From an uncultured Verrucomicrobiae bacterium (GTDB taxonomy: Bacteria; Verrucomicrobiota; Verrucomicrobiia; Chthoniobacterales; Chthoniobacteraceae): DNA of 64,000 bases. Below are positions 23,000 to 32,663 of the stretch, in pieces (position 1 is the first letter of the stretch; every line of letters starts with the position of its first letter). The notes under the pieces are model-generated. The model saw nothing but the letters and a program-made list of their open reading frames with translations. It was not told where the DNA came from and searched no databases. The stretch spans positions 1,536,001-1,600,000 of the forward strand of contig CAWIKF010000002.1 in the NCBI GenBank assembly GCA_963836755.1. The letters run 5' to 3'. The position numbers were made by a program, and so were the translations under genes.

Positions 23000-23335
23000 G
23001 TCGGCAGCATGATTTCCCGCATGGCGATTCAAACCCGCCCGCTCGCCGGCAAAACTTTTTCCATCGGAGCCGTCGCGGATGACGTTGCGCCCATCATTTT
23101 CAAAGTTGCCGCGCGAATGGGCTGCGTTGCCATCGAAACGGACGACGTTGCGGTCAAAACTTTTCACGTTGCCGCCATCATTTTCAAAGTTGCAGTCCTC
23201 ATGCGCAGCGTTGCCACCATGATGCGCAACGTTGCCGCCGTAACCGATGAAATTGCCGCCGAAATTGCCGCCATTGGAGCCGTAATTTTTGACATTGGAA
23301 CGCTAATTTTTGAAGTTGTGACTTTTTATCCAGTC
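23000..23335. repeat. Degenerate 21-bp-period array (~16 units) with a conserved RTTG(C/G) anchor and variable 16-nt remainder
   Basis: GTTGC recurs at 23084, 23105, 23126, 23147, 23168, 23189, 23210 and 23231; ATTG at 23252, 23273 and 23294; GTTG at 23315. Confidence 0.88.
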
Positions 23336-23336
23336 A

Positions 23337-23363
23337 ATAAATCGCTAATCGGTAGTGGTTTAC
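23337..23363. promoter_or_regulatory. Imperfect palindrome (protein-binding or tyrosine-recombinase-like core site)
   Basis: ATAAATCGCTA-ATCGG-TAGTGGTTTAC; TAAATCGCTA matches the reverse complement TAAACCACTA at 8/10. Confidence 0.45.
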
Positions 23364-23401
23364 ATTAAATCCGCGCCAAAAGCGCAAAAAACACCAAAAA
23401 T

Positions 23402-24210
23402 ATGCCAGATCCAACACCCACACCCGCCCCGAAATCGAAACCCGCCGCCCGCTCCATCGCCAACCGCGCCTTTCTAAACGAAATCGCCGACGCCCGCACC
23501 GTCGCCACCGCCGCGCTCGACCCTGCCAATACCGCCGCCCTCGCCGAGGCCGAGCTCGACCCGGCCATTCCCGGCCAGATCAACGCCCTCGCCACCAGCA
23601 TCGAGACCGCGATCAACGAAATCACCGGCGCGCGCGGAAACACCAGCATGACCGTCGCCCAGCAAGCCACCGCGCGCGAAGCCATCCTCACCGCGCTCTC
23701 GCCGATCCAGACCGCGGCGAAGCGGAAATTCACCGGCGACCAGGAAAGCCAGCGCACCGCCTACGGCATCGCCGAGCCGCTCGCCAGCATGGAGTTCGAC
23801 CTCTTCCTCACCCTCGCCACCGGCGCGCTCGAGCGCCTCACGCCGGACACCAGCACCACCCCGCCCACGCCGCCGGTGGATGTCCTCCCCGGCATCAACG
23901 CCGTCAAAATCACCGCCCTCAGCGACGCGATCGACCTCTGCGGCGGCAAGAAACAGGAGCGGACGAAAAACCAGGAAATCGCCGAGCAAAAACTCGAGAA
24001 AGTCAAAACCGACATCGCGCACCTGGCCGCCTTGCGCCGCGAAGTCAGCTCGCACGCCGAACAAGCCACCCCTGGCGCACCCCCGGCGTAGCCATCACCC
24101 GCAAAAGCTTCCTCCTCCCCGAAGACAGGCCGCTCCCGGACTGCTCACAAGTCCGGATCGTGTTTCGGAGACGCATTGAGACGACCTCTTACCTGTCTTT
24201 GATGATCTAA
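23402..24210 (+). CDS. Uncharacterised Ala-rich alpha-helical protein with an apparent -1 frameshift at ~24068
   Basis: 229-aa ORF to 24091. The -1 frame continues PWRTPGVAITRKSFLLPEDRPLPD in the same C-rich codon style until ~24141, with a stop at 24210. Confidence 0.7.
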
Positions 24211-24711
24211 GCGTGACATCCTCGCATTTGCTGAAAGCTTCTTCTAGTTCTGGGCAGTCCTCGATTCTACGAGCGCCTGTTCCCTCCTGAGGACGTCGCG
24301 ATGAGTTTCGGCCAGCGTATACAGCCGTTGACTTCTCCCGCTTCCACTGCGTTCGGTTCTGCCGATGCTTCGTTCAGACTTCGGATTGTGAGTGCCGGCG
24401 AAGACTTTCCTCGCCTTTACCAAGCGACTGGCTTTGTGGCTCAACCCAATTAACTATTTCGATCATCGCCTGCTACAGTCCCACATTCATTTGCTCGATA
24501 CCGTGGCACTCGTCAGCGACCTGCCTGAATTAAATCTACATTGCCGGTGAGGTTGGCGCTGTTGATCGAGGTTCTTTCCGACGACGCTTTCGACGGTCGA
24601 GTTTGTGGATCGAATCCGGCCACACATACGGTATTGCATAACGCTCCGGGCTAATCAGCATCATCGCGCTGCACATCAAGGGACACACGCTCAGAACGAT
24701 CGCTCAAAGTC

Positions 24712-24772
24712 GCCTAATCATTGCGACGCAACTGACTGGCTCCGTTCGTAGCTGAGCTTGTTCTCGTTAGGC
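24712..24772 (+). repeat. attC-like site 1
   Basis: R'' GCCTAAT…GCAACTGAC…GTAGCTGAGCTTGTTCTC then R' GTTAGGC (GTTRRRY); 61 bp. Confidence 0.75.
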
Positions 24773-24794
24773 GTCATTCGTGTATTCTGAAACT

Positions 24795-25172
24795 ATGAAA
24801 TGCTTTTACCATCAAGACCGTGATGCCATTGGCACCTGCAAATCGTGCCAGAAGGGACTTTGCCCGGAATGCGCCGTGGATTTGTCGCAGGGGCTTGCTT
24901 GCAAGTCGCGGTGCGAGGAAGACGTGCAGACGCTCATTCGCCTGATCCAGAACAATATCAAGTTATCGCCCACGAGTTCCCGCATCATCAGGGCCAGCCG
25001 GAGAGGTGGCATGATAACAGCGGGTTTTTACATGGTGCTTGGAGCCATGTTCATCGGATGGGGGCTGCACGATAGGATGTCGTTTATCGTAGCCATGGGA
25101 GCATGTTTCATCGTGTTCGGAGGCATTGCTTTGATCCGTGTGTTACGCATCACGTCACCTTCTGAAAGTTAA
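24795..25172 (+). CDS. Cassette ORF: N-terminal B-box-like zinc finger plus two TM helices
   Basis: MKCFYH…CKSCQKGLCPEC…C-x3-C; hydrophobic C-terminus; begins ~22 bp after the attC R' box. Confidence 0.75.
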   Translation: MKCFYHQDRDAIGTCKSCQKGLCPECAVDLSQGLACKSRCEEDVQTLIRLIQNNIKLSPTSSRIIRASRRGGMITAGFYMVLGAMFIGWGLHDRMSFIVAMGACFIVFGGIALIRVLRITSPSES

Positions 25173-25599
25173 GGTTCTGCGGAGCCTTGGATTTGCGAGT
25201 TTGCCGTTGCTCGCTTTTTCCGGCTGCGCATCATTGCCCTACACGGCTCCCGGTATTCAGTCTCAGGAGGCTGCGGTTCTCACAAAGTCGTATTACTGGA
25301 GGCGCGGAGTCGATCCCGAGCGCTTCTCAGACGAGCAGATTCTAGCTTTGTTTGCGGAAGCGCCGAAAGCGGGATTCTATGATGGCGAGAACGCAGAGTT
25401 ATATGACTCTCACCTGATCTGGGCCCTCGCCGCTGCGGGAGATAGTCACTTTGCGGAGTTACTTTCGCATCAGCCGCGCGCCATTCAGCTTCGGGTTCTC
25501 CAGCACATGCAGACGCTGTGGATCGATGATAAGCTGCACTACCCACTTACCGAAGCTCTAGTCAATGAACAATCCCGCACGCCATACCATGAAAAATAA
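25138..25599 (+). CDS. Putative lipoprotein (cassette-like); true start unclear or lost
   Basis: LPLLAFSGC lipobox; overlaps the end of the upstream ORF. Confidence 0.55.
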   Translation: MCYASRHLLKVKVLRSLGFASLPLLAFSGCASLPYTAPGIQSQEAAVLTKSYYWRRGVDPERFSDEQILALFAEAPKAGFYDGENAELYDSHLIWALAAAGDSHFAELLSHQPRAIQLRVLQHMQTLWIDDKLHYPLTEALVNEQSRTPYHEK

Positions 25600-25795
25600 G
25601 AACACGTTATTGACAACCGGTTTGATCGGACTTGCGATCAGCCTTGTTGTAAACCTACTCGGCATCTTCGCATTCCATAGAGCTTCAGCGATTTTCTTTT
25701 CTGAGCCGTGGTGGACGACCTGGTTCCCAGCATGGGTTGTCTGGATCATCTTTACCATTTTAGGACTGGGAACTCGTTCCAAGCCTGCTGGCTGA
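25589..25795 (+). CDS. Small two-TM membrane protein (cassette-like)
   Basis: MKNKNTLLTTGLIGLAISL…WWTTWFPAWVVWIIF. Confidence 0.55.
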   Translation: MKNKNTLLTTGLIGLAISLVVNLLGIFAFHRASAIFFSEPWWTTWFPAWVVWIIFTILGLGTRSKPAG

Positions 25796-25810
25796 AACAA
25801 GCGGTATCCC

Positions 25811-26239
25811 ATGAAACAGTTTTTTCTCATTGCGAGTCTCCTTTTTCATTTGCTGGCTAATACTGTTACAGCAGGGGAATCCGAGGTTCCGACTTTGTCG
25901 CCGACTCAGCGTGCAGCGATGGTCAAGGAAGCCAATCAAGCAATCAACCGGTATCTGCACTCAGACCCGGCGAAACGCGATGGCGACAACATCTCAAGAG
26001 CAATTTTGGGGAGCTACCATGCTCGCTCTTAAACCGTTGAAGGTGTTGTTCGACCGCGTCAACCTCAAGATGGTCTTCGTTGATACCAAGGACAGGAGGC
26101 CGGGTTATATGTCAGCATTCCCATTTCATCTTTCGCGCCTTCCGCTGGAGAGTTTGCCGAATTTGTGAAGTTAACGGAGCCTGAGGATAAGAGCTTCGGA
26201 GTGCTTTATCGGTATCGTATCCTCAAGAAGGCGCACTAG
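25811..26239 (+). pseudogene. Secreted hypothetical protein broken by two compensating frameshifts
   Basis: Signal peptide MKQFFLIASLL. The +1 frame from ~26000 reads QFWGATMLALKPLKVLFDRVNL. It returns to frame 0 at ~26096 with EAGLYVSIPISSFAP…YRILKKAH*. Confidence 0.55.
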
Positions 26240-26263
26240 AACATCGAACTAGGACAAGCTTCC

Positions 26264-26537
26264 ATGACATCCAAGCGCGCTATTTTGCTTCTGCTCATTC
26301 CGATCAGCGCCTTTGCGCAAACGCCAGATTACGATGCTGCGATTCGCGATGCGACGGAGCGTTATCGCGGCGACGTCCCGACGAAGCGGGATCTTTCTTC
26401 TAAGCCGCTTGTTGTTCCGACAGTCGAATTCGATAGCACCAATACTGAAGTTTTTGGCGCAAGGCAGTTTTCTTTGGAAAACACGGTTCCAGATCATCCA
26501 ATTCCCAGCCGATGAGCTTTCTCGCTGCATTGCCTGA
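26264..26537 (+). pseudogene. Secreted hypothetical cassette ORF, probably frameshifted or truncated
   Basis: Signal peptide MTSKRAILLLLIPISAFA. Frame 0 stops at 26515, while the +1 frame stops at TGA 26535-26537 inside the attC R'' box, as cassette ORFs often do. Confidence 0.45.
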
Positions 26538-26598
26538 CCATGCGATGCAGCTAATCGGTTCTTCGTAACAAAGTTGGCTGAGTTTCTTCTCGTGAGGA
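26532..26598 (+). repeat. attC-like site 2 (degenerate)
   Basis: GCCTGACCATGCGATGCAGCTAA…GTTGGCTGAGTTTCTTCTCGTGAGG; end-to-end similar to site 1, with R boxes mutated. Confidence 0.65.
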
Positions 26599-26648
26599 AA
26601 CTTTTCGCGCGCTTGCCAATGCGAGGTTTTGCAAAGCATCCTTCGCCA

Positions 26649-27263
<615 letters not shown>

Positions 27264-27290
27264 CCCAACTTTGACGCTGAGGATTGGGCG

Positions 27291-28089
27291 ATGACGGGAC
27301 ATCTTTCGCTCGATTTGCGCGGCGGATGAAAACGGAAAGAGCTTCCTGCGCGAGCAATCGTTCAACGCGCCGATGCATATCAGCAAGCCGTTTATCGAAA
27401 GCGGGACGCTGGTGGTCAATGCGGTGAACCCGACGGCCGGATTCTTCGCCGGCGATGAGGTGACGTGGAATGTGCGGGTGGAAAGGGGCGGCCGGCTTTT
27501 GCTCACGAGCCCCAGCGCGCAACGCGTGCACAGGATGGAGAGTGGAATTGCAAGGCTGCGGCAGGATTTTCGCGTATCGGCGGGTGGATTTCTCGAGGTG
27601 CTGCCTGAGATTTTCATCCCGCAAGGCGGCGCGAGCTATGCGCAGAAGACAATGATCGAGGTAGAGGAGGGGGCAGAGATGATTTTTTTTGAAATGTTCG
27701 CCCCGGGACGTGTGGCGATGGGGGAACGGTTCGCGTTTACGAGGCTGGAGTTCGCGACGGACGTGATCTGGAACCAAATGCCGGCTCTGCGCGAGCGGTA
27801 TCTGCTTTCGCCGCATGATGGGAGCCTCGATGCGCTCCAAACGCGCGGCTATTACGCGAGCTGCTTCGCCTTTGGGAAAAACTTTGACGCCAACGCGGAT
27901 TGCTGGCGCGAGATTTCGGAGTTGCACAGCGAGGAAGCATTCGTGGGATGCAGCGCGGCGGCTGCGGGCGGCTGCGTCGTGAAGATTTTGGCGAAGGACA
28001 GCATCGCGCTGCGAAGGACGGTGATTGCGATTCGCGGCGCGCTGCACGCGGAGCTCGGGCGCGAACCTGCGGCGTTGCGGCGGATGTAG
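27291..28089 (+). CDS. ureD: Urease accessory protein UreD, with an apparent +1 frameshift at ~27312
   Basis: MTGHLSL then shifted ICAADENGKSFLREQSFNAPMHISKPF…NPTAGFFAGD…LTSPSAQRV…PGRVAMGE. Confidence 0.85.
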
Positions 28090-28137
28090 CAAAGCTTTTC
28101 CCTTTCGCACGCGGCGACCACCGTTCATCTTCCCAGC

Positions 28138-28938
28138 ATGCAAGGGCCATTCATGAACCAGCGGACTTTTACCCAGCGGGTGAGGCAAATGCTCGCGCCG
28201 GTGTTCGTAGCGATCATGGCAGGCTTCAAATGGATCCTGCCGGCGCTGAAGTTCGGTCTGCCGTTCCTAAAGACGTTCGGAACGATGGCGATTTCGATCT
28301 TTTTCTACGCCCGCATATGGGGCTGGCAGTTCGGCGTGGGTTTTGTGCTGCTGATTTTTGTCCACGAGTGCGGGCATTTGATCGCGGCGCGCGTGATGGG
28401 ATTAAAAGTGGGCTGGCCGGTGTTCATTCCGTTCATGGGCGCGTTGATCGCGCTCAAGGAAGCGCCGCGAAATGCGTGGATCGAGGCCGTAGTGGGCGCC
28501 GGCGGACCGCTGCTGGGCGGCATTGGCGCGCTGGCGGTCGGCGGATTGTATTTTATGACCGGGAATCAACTTTTCCTGGTGCTCGGCTACACGGGATTGT
28601 TCCTGAATGTGTTTAATTTGGTGCCAATCGTGCCGCTGGATGGCGGCCGCATTGTCTCGGCGATCTCCCCGTGGCTCTGGCTGATCGGGCTGGTGATCAT
28701 CGTGCCGTTCCTGCTGTGGCAAATGAGCGGCAGCGGGATTTTGATTTTGATCATCGTGGCCATGAGCCTGCCGCGCGTAATCCGACTTTTTCGCGGAAAA
28801 ACGCCGGAGACTGCCCGCTATTATGAATGCACCGCCCGCCAGCGCTGGACGATGGCGCTTTTATACTTTGGCCTGCTCGCGGGACTCGGCGGATCGATGG
28901 GTTTTCTTCACAAAATACTTGTTACATTCATGGAATGA
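28138..28938 (+). CDS. Site-2 protease (peptidase M50)
   Basis: HECGH, AGGP and FNLVPIVPLDGG motifs. Confidence 0.9.
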   Translation: MQGPFMNQRTFTQRVRQMLAPVFVAIMAGFKWILPALKFGLPFLKTFGTMAISIFFYARIWGWQFGVGFVLLIFVHECGHLIAARVMGLKVGWPVFIPFMGALIALKEAPRNAWIEAVVGAGGPLLGGIGALAVGGLYFMTGNQLFLVLGYTGLFLNVFNLVPIVPLDGGRIVSAISPWLWLIGLVIIVPFLLWQMSGSGILILIIVAMSLPRVIRLFRGKTPETARYYECTARQRWTMALLYFGLLAGLGGSMGFLHKILVTFME

Positions 28939-29019
28939 GACGCTGGCGTGGCATGTGCCCTGCTTTGAAAGGAATCCGTAACCGCAACCAAACACGAACT
29001 AAAAACCGAATCAAAAACT

Positions 29020-29397
29020 ATGAACTTCCTCGTCGTTGATGACAACCGCCTCCTGAACCGCTTCCTCGTCACCTATTTGCGCAGCAAAGGCCACGCCTGC
29101 TCGTCGCTGACCGATGGCTCGAAAGCCGAATCCTGGCTCGACCTTAACAAATGCGACGCGGTCATCCTCGACATTGGCATGCCGAAAATCGACGGACTGA
29201 CTTTGATCTCAATCATTCGCGCGCATTACCACGATTTGCCGATCATCATTTTCACCGGCCTCGGCTACGACGAGGAGATGATGCAGGCCGCGCGCTACGC
29301 TGGCGCAAATGGCTACGTGAGCAAAGGCCTCGGGCCGAGCGAAATTTATTCCGCGCTGATGCGGGTGCTAAACACACCGGCGCCCACAGCGAATTAA
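29020..29397 (+). CDS. Single-domain response regulator
   Basis: LVVDD, LDIGMPKIDG and GANGYVSK. Confidence 0.9.
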   Translation: MNFLVVDDNRLLNRFLVTYLRSKGHACSSLTDGSKAESWLDLNKCDAVILDIGMPKIDGLTLISIIRAHYHDLPIIIFTGLGYDEEMMQAARYAGANGYVSKGLGPSEIYSALMRVLNTPAPTAN

Positions 29398-30137
29398 CGG
29401 CTCTTTTTTTGTAGGTTGGGGGTTAATGCGATCGCGGAAGCTTCCACTTCCGCGATTTGCATTTTCAGCGACTGCGCGGGCCACTGTCCGCTCGCGTTCG
29501 CGGCGTCCAGAAAGCCGTAGTTCAACACCGAGCCGCAGGTCGCGGCGAGCAGTCGCGACATTTTTCCGAAAGGTCCCATCCCCATGACGCTCAACGGAAG
29601 AGGCGACTTCCCGATGAGAAACTCGAGCAGCGTTGCGAGATCCTTCGGCGTGTTCGCGCCGGCGGCGACTTTGAAAACATCCGCGCGAAGATGCGCCGCG
29701 CGTGCCGCTAGTTCGCGCATCTTTTTCACCGACGGCATGGCGTCAAAGTCGTGGTGCGATAAAATCAGCTGCGTGTGCGTCTCGCGCGCAAGAGTCAGCA
29801 CGTCAGCCAACTCGCGCGTGGAAGATAATTCCACGTCGATTGCCGCGGCGAGCGGCAGAAAGCGCTCGAAAAGTTTGCGGCGTTCACCCGCCGAAAGCTT
29901 CACGGCACCGCCTTCCTTTGCGCTGCGGACCGTCAGAATAAAAGGAATCTTCAGCTTTGCCGCAGCGTCCCGCAGTTCATCGACCGAGGATGAAAAAGCA
30001 TCAACGCGGAGCTCGAGCAAATCGATTTCGCGCGGCTTCAGGTGGAGTGCGGCCGCGAGACTTTGCCGCGAGTGGACAGTGCCTACGACGCGCCGGCCGA
30101 CGGAGAGAGCGACGCGATTTTTTTTAGTTTTTATCAT
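29394..30137 (-). CDS. aroD: Type I 3-dehydroquinate dehydratase
   Basis: LELRVD, TVRSAKEGG, SHHDF and MGPFGKMSR. Confidence 0.88.
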   Translation of the reverse strand: MIKTKKNRVALSVGRRVVGTVHSRQSLAAALHLKPREIDLLELRVDAFSSSVDELRDAAAKLKIPFILTVRSAKEGGAVKLSAGERRKLFERFLPLAAAIDVELSSTRELADVLTLARETHTQLILSHHDFDAMPSVKKMRELAARAAHLRADVFKVAAGANTPKDLATLLEFLIGKSPLPLSVMGMGPFGKMSRLLAATCGSVLNYGFLDAANASGQWPAQSLKMQIAEVEASAIALTPNLQKKSR

Positions 30138-30179
30138 GTCAGCAAGTCGTTCGGTGCGCTAGGTTGCCGCGCCCTCAGC

Positions 30180-31568
30180 ATGCTCGGTCGCAAACAAGAA
30201 CTCAATTTGCAATTCCACCAGATCGTGGACGGCGCGATCTTGGTGCTGGCGTTTTGGGCGGCGCATGTCGTGCGCTCTCTCGGCATCGAATGGTTCGGCT
30301 GGGAGCACATTGCGTCGTTCAACGAGTTCCGCTGGGTGCTTTTCCTCCTGATGCCGTTCGGCCCGATCATTTTGGAGATGCAGGATTTCTACACGCACGT
30401 CTTGCAGAAACAATTGTGGAAATCGCTCGCGCAGCTCGCGCGCGCCGCGATCGTGCTCGGGGCGTTGCTTTCGGTCTGCTGGTTTTTCTTCCGTCTTGAT
30501 GTGCCGAGTCGCGCCGTGATGGCGCTTTTCGTGATCATCTCCGCGATTCTGCTGCTGGTGCGCGAGCAGGTGACGATTTTATATTTGCGGAGAAAAGCGG
30601 CGAGCGGCCGCTTTCGCGAAAATGTTCTGCTCGCGGGATTGCACGGCGACACGGCGGAGCTCGAGAAAACTTTTTCGCACGAGCAACTGATGGAGATGAA
30701 CATCATCGACCACATCGACATCGAGGCGCAGCCGATCTCTGCGCTAGTCGAAGCGCTGCACGAGCACTCGATCAGCCGCGTGATTTTCGCCGGCGGTCAC
30801 GGCCAGCTGAATCGATTGCAGGAAGCGATCGCGGCGTGCGAGATCGAAGGAGTCGAGGCGTGGCTCGTCGCCGACTTCATCAAAACCGCAATCGCGCGGC
30901 CGGACTTTGACGTGTTTGGAAATCGCGCGATGCTCGTATTTCGAACGACGCCCGAGATTTCGTGGGCGCTGCTCATCAAAGGCGCCATCGACCGCGTCGG
31001 GGCATTCCTTCTGCTCATTCCCGTGTCGATCATCATGATCATCACCGCGCTCGCGATCAGGTTCACGTCGCCCGGGCCGATCATTTTTCGACAGACGCGG
31101 GCCGGTCGGCACGGGAAGCCATTCACGATGTATAAATTCCGCACGATGGTCACCGACGCCGAGATGCGGCGTGATGAATTGCTCGCGTTCAACCAGATGA
31201 GCGGACCGGTTTTCAAAGTCGAACGCGATCCCCGCGTGACGCCCGTTGGCAAGTTGCTGCGCAAGCTGAGCATCGACGAGACGCCGCAGCTCCTCAACGT
31301 TTTGCAAGGTCACATGAGTCTCGTCGGGCCGCGCCCGCTGCCGATTTACGAAGTGGAGAAATTTGAAAACGCGGCGCAGCGGCGACGACTGAGTGTTAAA
31401 CCGGGGTTAACGTGTCTTTGGCAGGTGAAAGGGCGCAACAAAGTCAGCGATTTCCGCGAATGGGTGAAACTCGACCTGGAATATATCGACAACTGGTCGA
31501 TCTGGCTCGACCTCGAAATTTTGCTGAAGACTGTGCCCGTCGTGCTGTTCGGCTGGGGCGCAAAATAG
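30180..31568 (+). CDS. Polyprenyl-phosphate glycosylphosphotransferase (priming sugar transferase)
   Basis: N-terminal TMs; KFRTM, DPRVT, GHMSLVGPRP and VKPGLTCLWQV. Confidence 0.93.
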   Translation: MLGRKQELNLQFHQIVDGAILVLAFWAAHVVRSLGIEWFGWEHIASFNEFRWVLFLLMPFGPIILEMQDFYTHVLQKQLWKSLAQLARAAIVLGALLSVCWFFFRLDVPSRAVMALFVIISAILLLVREQVTILYLRRKAASGRFRENVLLAGLHGDTAELEKTFSHEQLMEMNIIDHIDIEAQPISALVEALHEHSISRVIFAGGHGQLNRLQEAIAACEIEGVEAWLVADFIKTAIARPDFDVFGNRAMLVFRTTPEISWALLIKGAIDRVGAFLLLIPVSIIMIITALAIRFTSPGPIIFRQTRAGRHGKPFTMYKFRTMVTDAEMRRDELLAFNQMSGPVFKVERDPRVTPVGKLLRKLSIDETPQLLNVLQGHMSLVGPRPLPIYEVEKFENAAQRRRLSVKPGLTCLWQVKGRNKVSDFREWVKLDLEYIDNWSIWLDLEILLKTVPVVLFGWGAK

Positions 31569-31642
31569 CTTCAGAGTCTGCCATTTCGACGTCGCGAGAA
31601 GTTCTCGCCAAAACGAATTCGAGCCACTAGAAGACTCGCCGC

Positions 31643-32587
31643 ATGTCTTCCAAACGCACAGCAGTTGTCACCGGCGGCGCAGGCTTTCTCGGCTCGCATT
31701 TAACCGATCGACTTTTGGCCGAGGGGTTTCGCGTCATCGGCATCGACAATTTCATCACGGGAAATCCGCAGAACGTCGCGCACCTCGCCAGCAACGAGGA
31801 CTATCGCTTTATTAAACAAAATGTAACGGAATACATTTTGATCGATGAGGAAGTGGACAACGTTTTTCACTTCGCGTCGCCGGCGAGCCCGATCGATTAT
31901 CTCGAGCATCCGATTCCGACTTTGAAAGTCGGCGCGCACGGCACGCACAATTCACTCGGCCTCGCGAAGGCGAAGAAAGCAACTTTTTTACTCGCATCCA
32001 CCAGTGAATGCTACGGCGATCCGCTCGAGCATCCGCAGCGCGAGGAATATTGGGGAAATGTGAATCCGATCGGACCGCGCGGCGTTTATGATGAGGCGAA
32101 GCGTTTCGCGGAGGCGATGACGATGGCGTATCACAGGTATCACAAAGTCGATACAAAGATTGTCAGAATTTTTAACACCTACGGGCCGCGCATGCGCCTG
32201 CGCGACGGGCGCGTGGTTCCGGCGTTCATCGGTCAGGCTCTCACGAATACTCCGCTGACGATTTTTGGCGATGGGTCACAGACGCGTTCGTTTTGTTATT
32301 GCTCGGATTTGATCGACGGAATTTTCAAGCTCGCGATGAGCGATTTCCACGAGCCGGTGAACATCGGCAATCCGCGTGAAATGACGATCAAACAATTTGC
32401 CGAGGAAATCATCCGCATCACCGGCACGAGCTCGCAGATCGAGTATCGGCCTTTGCCGGTGGACGATCCGAAAGTGCGGCAGCCGGACATCACGCGCGCG
32501 AAGAAAGTGCTGAACTGGGAACCGAAAGTCGCCTTCGAGGAAGGCATTCGCACGACGATCGATTTTTTCCGAGATCGTTTGGATTGA
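31643..32587 (+). CDS. UDP-glucuronate decarboxylase-like SDR epimerase/dehydratase
   Basis: [22 protein letters not shown] and [10 protein letters not shown]. Confidence 0.92.
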   Translation: MSSKRTAVVTGGAGFLGSHLTDRLLAEGFRVIGIDNFITGNPQNVAHLASNEDYRFIKQNVTEYILIDEEVDNVFHFASPASPIDYLEHPIPTLKVGAHGTHNSLGLAKAKKATFLLASTSECYGDPLEHPQREEYWGNVNPIGPRGVYDEAKRFAEAMTMAYHRYHKVDTKIVRIFNTYGPRMRLRDGRVVPAFIGQALTNTPLTIFGDGSQTRSFCYCSDLIDGIFKLAMSDFHEPVNIGNPREMTIKQFAEEIIRITGTSSQIEYRPLPVDDPKVRQPDITRAKKVLNWEPKVAFEEGIRTTIDFFRDRLD

Positions 32588-32663
32588 TTTTGCGCTTTTT
32601 TGATTGCAGCGAGAATGCGCCCGCTGCAATTTGAGCGCCATGTCTCGCCCACTTCCCCCTTTC

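Larger units (their letters stand above)
24142..26598 (+). mobile_element. Degenerate integron-cassette cluster without integrase (CALIN-like)
   Basis: Visibly lower-GC segment, co-oriented short ORFs and two homologous attC-like sites. No intI in the window. Confidence 0.65.

Noticed and set aside
23000..23335. CRISPR, TIGR or DGR interpretation of the arrays
   Set aside because: The anchor is only 4-5 nt and the period is 21. No cas, Nop-domain or reverse transcriptase gene is in the window, and I saw no TR/VR pair differing at adenines.
22982..23368. 128-aa VAxxxxx heptad ORF over the 23-kb array
   Set aside because: Not listed as a CDS because it has no recognisable family and overlaps the palindrome. 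Kept only as the alternative explanation for the array.
24210..24711. Short ORFs such as 24244-24444 (-)
   Set aside because: No coherent reading frame. Probably decayed cassette DNA.
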